Assembly: GCA_001775475.1 (NCBI GenBank)
Contig: MEWW01000016.1
Location: 1 to 60,495, forward strand
Direction: 5' to 3'
From: Candidatus Adlerbacteria bacterium RIFCSPHIGHO2_12_FULL_53_18
GTDB lineage: Bacteria > Patescibacteriota > Minisyncoccia > Phycocordibacterales > SBAW01
Length of the DNA: 60,495 bases
In this document: positions 53,143-60,495 of the stretch, piece by piece
Layout of the letters: each line of letters begins with the position of its first letter
Numbering within the stretch: position 1 is the first letter of the stretch
Translations under genes and position numbers: made by a program
Notes under the pieces: model-generated
Seen by the model: only the letters and a program-made list of their open reading frames with translations
Databases searched by the model: none
Told to the model about the DNA's origin: nothing

Positions 53143-53676
53143 TTAGAGCTTCAAAGCAAACCGCTCAAGTAACAATTCCAAATCTCCGGCGCCGCGGTGG
53201 GAGTCGTGGTACATAAAGGTGAGTTCGCGGCTAAGCGCTAGGTCTTTCATAGCCCTCGCCTTCCAGGCCATGAGGCCTGCAACCGCCTCGGCCTTTTCCC
53301 CCGCCCTAAACGCCTGCATGAGGCCGAGCCAAAGCCGCTTTTTGTCGTGCGCGCCAAGTGCTGAGGCAACGCCATACTGGTCAAACTTCCACTCTTTCTT
53401 CTCTACCTTTACTGTTTCTATCTTTGCGCCCGCTTTAGTTAAGGCGTCGGTCTCTTTTTTTAAGAGCTTCTCTTCTTCAAAGATAAACGTGTGGGGAGAT
53501 TCTTTTAACTCCGGCACAAGCTCTATAAACTCTGCCGACTGGTCGCCCGTAAACACGCCAGCAAAGGTGTAGGTCTCTGCGCCAAAGAGTGCCTGCGTGG
53601 TCGCCAGGCTAAGGAGCTCCATCGGCGAGATGGTTATCGGCGGCACACTAACCCTTCCTACGATTACGCGGATCAT
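53143..53676 (-). CDS. hypothetical protein translationally coupled to polA (weak resemblance to clamp-loader delta C-terminal region)
   Basis: Its ATG overlaps the polA stop (4-nt overlap). The protein is 177 aa. The family suggestion is speculative. Confidence 0.4.
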   Translation of the reverse strand: MIRVIVGRVSVPPITISPMELLSLATTQALFGAETYTFAGVFTGDQSAEFIELVPELKESPHTFIFEEEKLLKKETDALTKAGAKIETVKVEKKEWKFDQYGVASALGAHDKKRLWLGLMQAFRAGEKAEAVAGLMAWKARAMKDLALSRELTFMYHDSHRGAGDLELLLERFALKL

Positions 53677-56114
53677 ATTTTTATTCTTTCCATCTCGCCC
53701 CAGTTCTTCCCTGCCTTGCCTTCAGCAATAATCGGGATGTTGTTGCGGTCTTTTGCAGGCACAATGTGTTCCATAATGTCTTTAATCTTCGGGGCAAGCA
53801 CACCCACTTTCTTGTCCTCGATCTCAAACACCAACTCGTCGTGTACTTGCAGAAGCAGGTGTGCGCCGTTTTCATGGCCTTCTTTCTTTAAGAGCTCGTC
53901 GATTTTAACCATCGCAAGCTTGATGATGTCGGCCTGGGTGCCCTGCATGGGCGCGTTTATAGCCATGCGCTCCGCGGCCGCGCGCACATAGGGTATCGGT
54001 GATTTAATGCCATCGAAGTACCTGCGGCGCCCGAAGTAGGTCTCCGTATACCCCTGCCGCGCAGCCTCTGCCTTTACCTCGTCTATGTAAGCGGCGAGGC
54101 GCGGAAAGGCTTCGAAGTATTGATTGTAAAACTCCTGCGCCTCGGCTCGGCCCGTGCTCAAGGACTGCTGGAGCGCCGTCACCCCCATGCCGTAGAGGAT
54201 GCCGAAGTTGATGACCTTGGCGACCCGGCGCTGGTCATACGTAACTTCGTTCGCTTTTACATGGAACACTCTCGAGGCAACTTCTGTGTGCACGTCGCGG
54301 CCGTCTTTAAATATCTGGGTGAGGCCCGGGTCACCAGAGAGCCACGCCGCAATGCGCAATTCAATCTGGCTGTAGTCGAAGGCCACCATCGTGGTGCCTT
54401 TGTCCGCCACAAATGCGTTGCGGATGGCGCGCCCTAGGTCGGTTTTAATCGGGATGTTCTGCAACCCCGGGTTTTGGGTCGCCAGCCTGCCTGTTGCAGC
54501 GCCGATTTGTATAAAGGTCGTATGCACGCGGCTTTGGTTGTCAACCAAGGTCGGCAGGTTGTCGATGTAGGTGCCGAGCAGCTTGGAGAGTTCGCGGTAC
54601 GCAAGAATATCTTCGACGATCGGGTGGAGGTCTTTCATCTTCTCGAGCTCGCTCTCGCGGGTTGAGCGCGCGCCGGTCGGCGTCTTTTTTTGCCTTGCAG
54701 GCTTCAATCCCAGCTTGTCGTAGAGCACATCGCCCAGCTGCTTTGGTGAGCTGATGTTAAAGGGCCCGCCCGCATGCTTATAAATACGCGCGGCAATTTT
54801 CTCCAGCTCTTTGGTGTACTCTTTAGAAAGTTTTTTAAGAAAGTCAGTGTCGATTTTCACCCCCCGCTTCTCCATCGCACGCAAGACAGGACTTAGCGGC
54901 AGCTCAATCTGCTCGTAGACAAACGTGAGCTCTTTTTCTTTTATTTCTGCAAGAATATTCTTTTTTGCCTCTTCAAAATTGCGACTATTACCCATGCGAT
55001 AAATGTCTTCGAGCTCGGGCTTTGCAATGTTGGAGTCTAAGACCGAGACGGCGAGCAGTATCTTTTGAAGTTCGTCTTCAGGAATATTTTCTGCAGGCTC
55101 ACCAAGCGAAGCAAATAGTTCTCCTGCAGGAGTGCCGTTTATCCCTGCCTTGCCGGCAGGCAGGTCTCCGGAGCGTGCGTCTTTTGCGAAGCCACTAACC
55201 CCAAACACCTGCCGCACGCGTGGTGCCAGTGAGCGAAACTCGAAGTTTGCAAGCATGTCGAGCGCGCGCTGCGGGTCAGACCCCTCCTTCCACGTGTGCT
55301 CCGGCATTTTAAAATCTATTGGTGCATTACGATGGATGGTGCCCAAGACTTTGCTGAATTCCGCCGCCTCCTTCCCCGCCTGGATTTTCTCCAGCGTTTT
55401 GCCCTTAACGCCCGCTTTCTCAAACCACTCCGGGTGCTTTTTGAGAGTTTTATAAATTTCTTCGACAGAGCCGAACTCTTTTATGAGTGTCGTCGCGGTT
55501 TTGTCGCCAATCCCCACGATGCCGGGGATATTGTCCGACGGGTCGCCGCGCAAACCTTTGTAGTCCGGCAGGAGCTCCGGCCCAAATCCGTAGCGCTCTT
55601 TAACTAGTGTCTCGTCGTAGATCACGGTGTCGGTGAGTCCTTTGCGCAAGGTGTAGACACGCACCTTGTCGCCATCCACCAGCTGGAGCGTGTCCATGTC
55701 GCCGGAGGCAATCACAACTTCAAGGTCGCGCTTGTGTTTTACCTTCTCGACAATCGTGCCGATAACATCGTCGGCCTCAAATCCTGCCTTTTCATACAGC
55801 GGTATGCCGAAGGCCGCAAGCACATCGCGCGCGCGGTCTATCTGCATCGCGAGTGCGTCTTCGGTCTTAGCGCGTTTGGCTTTGTAGCCATCAAATGCCG
55901 CATGGCGGTGCGTGCCGCCGGGGAGGTCGTACGCCGCCACGATGTAGTCGGGCCCAAGCTCGACGATGAGTTTGACCAACATGGAGATGAGCCCGTAGAG
56001 CGCACCGGTAGGCTCGCCCTTGCTCGAGGAGAGTTCCGGCAGCGCGTGGTAGGCGCGGTGCAGTATTGCGTGCGTGTCGAGCAAGACTAGTCGTTTTTTA
56101 TCCTGTTTTTTCAT
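53673..56114 (-). CDS. polA: DNA polymerase I
   Basis: The N-terminus is a 5' nuclease (LVLLDTHAILHRAYHA). The polymerase motifs DYSQIELRIAAWLSGD and QVHDELVFE are present. The protein is 813 aa. Confidence 0.93.
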   Translation of the reverse strand: MKKQDKKRLVLLDTHAILHRAYHALPELSSSKGEPTGALYGLISMLVKLIVELGPDYIVAAYDLPGGTHRHAAFDGYKAKRAKTEDALAMQIDRARDVLAAFGIPLYEKAGFEADDVIGTIVEKVKHKRDLEVVIASGDMDTLQLVDGDKVRVYTLRKGLTDTVIYDETLVKERYGFGPELLPDYKGLRGDPSDNIPGIVGIGDKTATTLIKEFGSVEEIYKTLKKHPEWFEKAGVKGKTLEKIQAGKEAAEFSKVLGTIHRNAPIDFKMPEHTWKEGSDPQRALDMLANFEFRSLAPRVRQVFGVSGFAKDARSGDLPAGKAGINGTPAGELFASLGEPAENIPEDELQKILLAVSVLDSNIAKPELEDIYRMGNSRNFEEAKKNILAEIKEKELTFVYEQIELPLSPVLRAMEKRGVKIDTDFLKKLSKEYTKELEKIAARIYKHAGGPFNISSPKQLGDVLYDKLGLKPARQKKTPTGARSTRESELEKMKDLHPIVEDILAYRELSKLLGTYIDNLPTLVDNQSRVHTTFIQIGAATGRLATQNPGLQNIPIKTDLGRAIRNAFVADKGTTMVAFDYSQIELRIAAWLSGDPGLTQIFKDGRDVHTEVASRVFHVKANEVTYDQRRVAKVINFGILYGMGVTALQQSLSTGRAEAQEFYNQYFEAFPRLAAYIDEVKAEAARQGYTETYFGRRRYFDGIKSPIPYVRAAAERMAINAPMQGTQADIIKLAMVKIDELLKKEGHENGAHLLLQVHDELVFEIEDKKVGVLAPKIKDIMEHIVPAKDRNNIPIIAEGKAGKNWGEMERIKI

Positions 56115-56578
56115 GTCACCTCAATATACCTTTCTGCTTCACCCGCGTCTTTAGATGAAAAATTAAGTACCAGGTCGGGCGTGGGGAGCGCCCCTTCTAC
56201 GCGTTCCGGCCACTCAATGCACACAAGATTATGTGGATCGTTTAGAAACGTCTCCGGCTTTAGTGCCTCAAACTCTTCAGCTTTCTCTAGCCGGTACGCA
56301 TCAATGTGCACGAGCTTTTTGTAAGGCGACACCTTGGAGAGCCCCGGTTTTAAGGTGTCGCCTTGAGAAATCAGGTACGATTTCATCAAAACATACGTTG
56401 GGCTTTGCACTGTGTCTTCCACCCCAAGTTCCTTTGCCAGCGCCTGCACAAAGGTCGTTTTCCCCGCCCCAAGCTCGCCGATGAGCGCGAGTATAATTGC
56501 ACGCTCATTTCCCTCCGGAAGTTGGGCTAACACTTCCTTCGCCAAGCTCTGAAGTTCGCCGAGGGCCACCTTCACCAT
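56111..56578 (-). CDS. tsaE: tRNA t6A biosynthesis ATPase TsaE
   Basis: The motifs ILALIGELGAGKTTFVQALAKELGV and SPTYVLMKSY are present. I chose the ATG start at 56578. The stop overlaps the polA start by 4 nt. Confidence 0.85.
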   Translation of the reverse strand: MVKVALGELQSLAKEVLAQLPEGNERAIILALIGELGAGKTTFVQALAKELGVEDTVQSPTYVLMKSYLISQGDTLKPGLSKVSPYKKLVHIDAYRLEKAEEFEALKPETFLNDPHNLVCIEWPERVEGALPTPDLVLNFSSKDAGEAERYIEVT

Positions 56579-56583
56579 GCCTG

Positions 56584-56589
56584 TATAAT
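56584..56589 (+). promoter_or_regulatory. -10 hexamer TATAAT, 6 nt before pilB ATG
   Basis: Plus strand reads CTGTATAAT-acacgt-ATG. Confidence 0.5.
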
Positions 56590-56595
56590 ACACGT

Positions 56596-58281
56596 ATGGT
56601 GGTCTTTAACGACACGGAGGAGCAGAAGCGTATCGAGTTCCTGCGTAAGCGTGAGGCGGAGGAGCTTGCGCAGATACTTTCGCAGAAATACGGCGTTGAG
56701 TATGTGGATCTTTCGCTGGTTGCCGTTAATACCGACGCCCTGCGACTCCTTACCGAAAAAGAGGCCAAAGACGCCGAGGTGGCGGTGTTTGGCCGCGTCG
56801 GCAAGCGCGTCTCGGTTGCCGCCCGCTCGCCGGAGAACCCCAAGGTCAAAGGCCTCGTGGCAAAACTTCAGGAGCTCGGCTACCAGGTAACGATGTTTAT
56901 TACCTCGCAGGAGAGCTTGAAGCGCGCATTTACCCGCTACGCCGATCTTTCCTACGCAACCGAAACTAAAGCCGGTGTATTCGAACTTTCGAACGAAGAG
57001 TTGGAACAGCTTTTAACCAAAGTTACTTCGCTGCAGGATATTTCGAAATTGATCGACGAGGCCATAACGCTCAAACACACCTACCGTGTCACCCGCATAC
57101 TCGAAGTAATTCTCGCGGGCGGGCTCTCAACCGGAGCCTCTGACATCCACTTCGAGCCTGAGGAAGCTGCGGTGCGCCTGCGCTACCGGCTCGACGGAGT
57201 GCTCTTAGACGTCCTTACCTTCGATCACGAGACGTACCGCCTCGCGCTCTCGCGCCTCAAACTCCTCTCAGGGCTCAAACTCAACATCACCGACGAGGCG
57301 CAGGACGGCCGCTTTTCTATAAAAATCAAAGGGAGCGAGATTGAGCTGCGCACAAGTATACTCCCCGGCAATTACGCAGAGACCTTGGTACTTCGTATTT
57401 TGAACCCTGCTTCAATCGGCGTGCAGCTCGAGGAGCTGGGACTCGAAGAAGATTTAAGACTGCGGATTGAAAAAGAGATTTTGAAGCCAAACGGCATGAT
57501 TTTAACCACCGGTCCCACCGGGAGTGGCAAAACAACGACGCTCTACGCTTTTTTGCGCAAGGTAAACAGCCCGCAGACCAAAATTATTACTATTGAAGAC
57601 CCTATTGAGTACCACCTTAAGGGCCTCGTACAAACCCAGGTAGACAAAAAGACCTACACCTTTGCCGCGGGGCTGCGTTCGGCGCTGCGCCAAGACCCAG
57701 ACATCATCATGATCGGCGAGATTCGCGACGGCGAGGTTGCCACAACCGCGGTTAATGCCGCACTTACCGGCCACCTGGTGTTCTCCACGCTCCACACCAA
57801 CAACGCCGCAGGCTCCTTCCCGCGTTTGATCGACCTCGGCGTCGACGAAAAAGTGTTGTCTTCGTCAGTCAACGTGGCGATGGCACAACGCTTGGTGCGC
57901 AAGCTTTGCAACGCGTGCAAAAAGCAGCGCGCTGCAAGCACTGAAGAAAAAACATTGATCGATAAAATACTTGCGGGGGTCGTCAACCGCGCGCTTATCC
58001 CACAAGACACAAGCATGGTCTACGGGGCTACAGAAGGCGGTACCTGCCCGGAGTGCCACGGCCGCGGCTACAAGGGCAGAATCGGTATATTTGAAGCCAT
58101 ATTTATGGACGGCGCTATAGAAACAATACTCCGAGAGAAGCCCTCGGAGCGCGAAATTGCCGAAGCCGCAAAGCCTCAAGGAATCCCCACCATGCCGCAA
58201 GACGGAATACTAAAAGTGTTGCGCGGCGTAACTTCGCTCGAGGAACTTAAGCGCGTGGTCGACCTTGATACCGGACGTTAG
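56596..58281 (+). CDS. pilB: type IV pilus / type II secretion ATPase (PilB/GspE family)
   Basis: I moved the start to MVVFNDTEEQ. Walker A GPTGSGKTTTLYA is present, along with Asp and His boxes and a tetra-Cys motif CNACKK...CPECHGRGYKGRIGIFE. Confidence 0.88.
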   Translation: MVVFNDTEEQKRIEFLRKREAEELAQILSQKYGVEYVDLSLVAVNTDALRLLTEKEAKDAEVAVFGRVGKRVSVAARSPENPKVKGLVAKLQELGYQVTMFITSQESLKRAFTRYADLSYATETKAGVFELSNEELEQLLTKVTSLQDISKLIDEAITLKHTYRVTRILEVILAGGLSTGASDIHFEPEEAAVRLRYRLDGVLLDVLTFDHETYRLALSRLKLLSGLKLNITDEAQDGRFSIKIKGSEIELRTSILPGNYAETLVLRILNPASIGVQLEELGLEEDLRLRIEKEILKPNGMILTTGPTGSGKTTTLYAFLRKVNSPQTKIITIEDPIEYHLKGLVQTQVDKKTYTFAAGLRSALRQDPDIIMIGEIRDGEVATTAVNAALTGHLVFSTLHTNNAAGSFPRLIDLGVDEKVLSSSVNVAMAQRLVRKLCNACKKQRAASTEEKTLIDKILAGVVNRALIPQDTSMVYGATEGGTCPECHGRGYKGRIGIFEAIFMDGAIETILREKPSEREIAEAAKPQGIPTMPQDGILKVLRGVTSLEELKRVVDLDTGR

Positions 58282-58542
58282 TCAATCTTGGCAGTAAAAA
58301 AATAGAGAGTAGAGTGGAGAGAGGTTCGTACACAGATACCTCTAAGCAACACAACATTTCAATCCTTGAAAAGCAGAGCCAATGCTGAGGATAGTCCCCG
58401 CGGCCGCGCGTAAAGCGAGGTGCCGGAGCGTCCTTGTTTTGGATCCAACGCATTGCTTAGAGATGTCTATGCCCGAACAGAAAAGAAAAAACTCCCTCAC
58501 GAGGAAGTTCAGCTACAATTAGCGTAGCACGCCCCTAATCGT

Positions 58543-59532
58543 ATGTCAAGCGACACCTTTTTGGACACGACGCTCCGCCCCGCCTCCTGGGACGAGTACA
58601 TCGGGCAGGATAGTGTTAAAAACAACTTGCATATTTTAATCAGCGCCGCCAAGGAGCGCGATAATCCGCCGGAGCATGTGCTGTTTTACGGCCCGCCGGG
58701 TTTAGGAAAGACAACGCTCGCCCACTTGATAGCCCGCGAACTCGGTGGAAGCTTGAGATCGACCTCGGGGCCCGCCATAGAACGTGTCGGCGACCTCGCC
58801 GCACTCTTAACCAACCTCGCCCAAGGCGACATTTTGTTTATCGACGAGATCCACCGCCTGCCGCGATCAATCGAAGAGGTGCTCTACCCGGCGATGGAGA
58901 GCGGAATGCTCAACATCATCATCGGCAAAGGCCCCTCAGCCCGCACGCTCGAGTTGCCGCTCGCACCCTTTACCCTGATTGCGGCAACAACTCGCGTTGC
59001 CGATCTCTCGGCGCCCTTGCGCAGCCGCTTCTCCGGCGGCGTGTTCCGCCTCGAGTTTTACAGCGAAGACGATATCGCAAAGATTGTGCGCCGCTCGGCA
59101 AAAATCCTCGATGTAAAAATCGACGAGGGGGGCGTCAAGGAAATTGCCAAGCGCAGCCGCGCAACGCCGCGTACTGCCAACTATCTCCTTAAACGCGCAC
59201 GCGACTACGCGCAGCTTAAGCGCGCCCCTCTCTCTGCTAAAACAGTTGCTGAGGCACTGGGCCTGCTTGAGGTGGATGCGCTGGGTTTGACCCCGCTTGA
59301 CCGTAAGCTTCTTGTGGCACTTATTGACCGCTTTCAGGGCGGCCCCACCGGCGTTGGCGCTCTTGCCGCCGCACTTGCCGAAGAGCCGAACACGCTCTCC
59401 GAGGTACACGAACCGTTTCTCCTGCAGCTGGGCCTTATTGAGCGCACCCCGCGCGGCCGCGTTGCAACCGCGCTCGCATACGAGCACCTGGGCCGCTCTG
59501 TGCCTCTTGGTTTGAACCAAAAGCTTTTGTAG
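58543..59532 (+). CDS. ruvB: Holliday junction DNA helicase RuvB
   Basis: Motifs [26 protein letters not shown] and [10 protein letters not shown] are present. Confidence 0.95.
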   Translation: MSSDTFLDTTLRPASWDEYIGQDSVKNNLHILISAAKERDNPPEHVLFYGPPGLGKTTLAHLIARELGGSLRSTSGPAIERVGDLAALLTNLAQGDILFIDEIHRLPRSIEEVLYPAMESGMLNIIIGKGPSARTLELPLAPFTLIAATTRVADLSAPLRSRFSGGVFRLEFYSEDDIAKIVRRSAKILDVKIDEGGVKEIAKRSRATPRTANYLLKRARDYAQLKRAPLSAKTVAEALGLLEVDALGLTPLDRKLLVALIDRFQGGPTGVGALAAALAEEPNTLSEVHEPFLLQLGLIERTPRGRVATALAYEHLGRSVPLGLNQKLL

Positions 59533-59547
59533 GGTAAAACTTTCTTT

Positions 59548-60072
59548 ATGGCAGGACACAGTAAGTGGGCAAAACTTAAACACACCAAAGGCAAGACCGA
59601 CGCGCAAAAGAGCAAGCTCTTTTCTAAACTGGTTCGCTTTATCTCTATAGAAGCCAAAAAGTCTAAGGGTGACCGCTCGTCACCCGGCCTTCGCGCTGCA
59701 ATGGACAAAGCGCGCGCGGCTAACATGCCAGCAGACAATATTGACCGCGCGATCGAAAAAGCTTCTACCTCCGGTGAGCTTGACCAGGTGGTGTATGAGG
59801 CCTACGGTCCCGGCGGTGTTGCGCTCGTTATAGAAGGCTACACCGATTCGCGCAACCGCACCGCACAGGAAATAAAACATCTCCTCTCACAGCATGGCGT
59901 GCATCTGGCGAACCCGGGCGCCGCAAGCTGGGCCTTTACCAAGGGCGAACAAGGACTCGAACCGCAGACGACTGTTGAAGTATCCGAAGAAGACGGTGCG
60001 AAACTTTCCGAGCTGGTTGATGCGCTTGAAGACCACGACGATGTCAGCGAAGTCTATACCAACGCGGCCTAA
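59548..60072 (+). CDS. yebC: YebC/PmpR-family protein, short form (174 aa)
   Basis: Sequences MAGHSKWAKLKHTKG...YEAYGPGGVALVIEGYTDSRNRT...LEDHDDVSEVYTN are typical of the family. About 65 aa of the usual third domain are absent. Confidence 0.8.
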   Translation: MAGHSKWAKLKHTKGKTDAQKSKLFSKLVRFISIEAKKSKGDRSSPGLRAAMDKARAANMPADNIDRAIEKASTSGELDQVVYEAYGPGGVALVIEGYTDSRNRTAQEIKHLLSQHGVHLANPGAASWAFTKGEQGLEPQTTVEVSEEDGAKLSELVDALEDHDDVSEVYTNAA

Positions 60073-60495
60073 CCGGGTCTTGGCGTTTGACCCGGGCTTT
60101 GAGCGGCTCGGCGTCGCGGTCGTGGAAAAATCGCGCACCAAAGAGGTTGTGCTCTACTCGGATTGTGTGCGCACTTCCGCCGCGCTCCCCTTCGCGGAGC
60201 GCCTGCGCATCTTGGGCGAAGCTGCTGAGGATTTAATGGCGCTCTGGGAGCCCGAGGCGGTAGCCCTCGAGCAAATATTTTTTGAGAAAAACGCCAAGAC
60301 CGCAATCGGTGTTGCGAGCGTGCGCGGCGTCCTTGCGTACATCGCCGCTTCACATGCGCTTCCTGTGTATGAATACACGCCCCTTGAGGTCAAAGTGGCT
60401 ATAACGGGCTTTGGCAGAAGCGACAAGGCGGCCGTGGCTACCATGGTTAAAAGACTGGTAAGTATCCCCCTTAAAAAACGTCTGGACGATGAGCT
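60041..60495 (+). CDS. ruvC: crossover junction endodeoxyribonuclease RuvC (3' end beyond window)
   Basis: Hand translation gives ...RVLAFDPGFERLGVAVVE...ALEQIFFEKNAKTAIGVASVRGV...PVYEYTPLEVKVAITGFGRSDKAAV. The start is ATG at 60041 (overlapping the yebC end) or the in-frame TTG at 60080. Confidence 0.8.
   Translation, partial: MSAKSIPTRPNRVLAFDPGFERLGVAVVEKSRTKEVVLYSDCVRTSAALPFAERLRILGEAAEDLMALWEPEAVALEQIFFEKNAKTAIGVASVRGVLAYIAASHALPVYEYTPLEVKVAITGFGRSDKAAVATMVKRLVSIPLKKRLDDE

Noticed and set aside
58469-58492. 5S rRNA-like string ATGCCCGAACAGAAAAGAAAAAAC, resembling CATGCCGAACTCAGAAGTGAAAC
   Set aside because: The flanks lack the other conserved 5S segments (GGTAGT, GAGAGTAGG) and no helix I pairing can be drawn.

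Overview
This 60.5-kb window reads like a core chromosomal segment of a small-genome bacterium. Gene content and architecture suggest Patescibacteria/CPR (Parcubacteria-like), which is an inference. The genetic code is standard: TGA, TAA and TAG all end well-formed genes. The window opens inside the 5' ~670 nt of a 23S rRNA gene on the minus strand, with no 16S or tRNA spacer upstream of it. It then carries about 75 protein genes, mostly on the minus strand, and 8 tRNA genes: His-GTG, Leu-GAG, Val-TAC, Arg-TCT, Ser-TGA, Arg-CCG, Arg-GCG and Lys-TTT. Content is mostly housekeeping: rplJ-rplL, secE-nusG-rplK, rpsF-ssb-rpsR, rplS, rpsT, efp, ftsK, recA, recO, ruvA/ruvB/ruvC/ruvX, polA and tsaE. 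There are four aminoacyl-tRNA synthetases (metG, glyQS, ileS, argS) and a compact thymidylate-cycle cluster (glyA-tmk-Nudix-thyA-dcd-CYTH plus folA). Other genes include murE-like, pilB, an ECF sigma module, and several large or small envelope proteins of unknown function. I saw no CRISPR array, transposase, integrase or recognisable defence gene. Findings most worth follow-up: (1) IleRS carries a complete histidine-phosphatase (PGAM-like) domain nested in its catalytic body. (2) A ~60-nt nested-hairpin element with compensatory base changes sits 8 nt upstream of both the glyQS and ileS start codons. (3) -10-like hexamers lie 6-8 nt from many start codons, implying widespread leaderless expression. 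(4) A PaaX/Cas2-like gene is interrupted by a single in-frame TAG. (5) rplK is not followed by rplA, and rplJL lie 35 kb away. (6) The dTMP cluster has two uncharacterised NTP hydrolases and no dut. (7) There is a tRNA-Arg with anticodon GCG instead of ACG. All non-ORF-track coordinates (tRNAs, hairpins, promoters, secE, revised starts) were derived by hand and may be off by a few nt. All family assignments come from motif recognition, not database searches.
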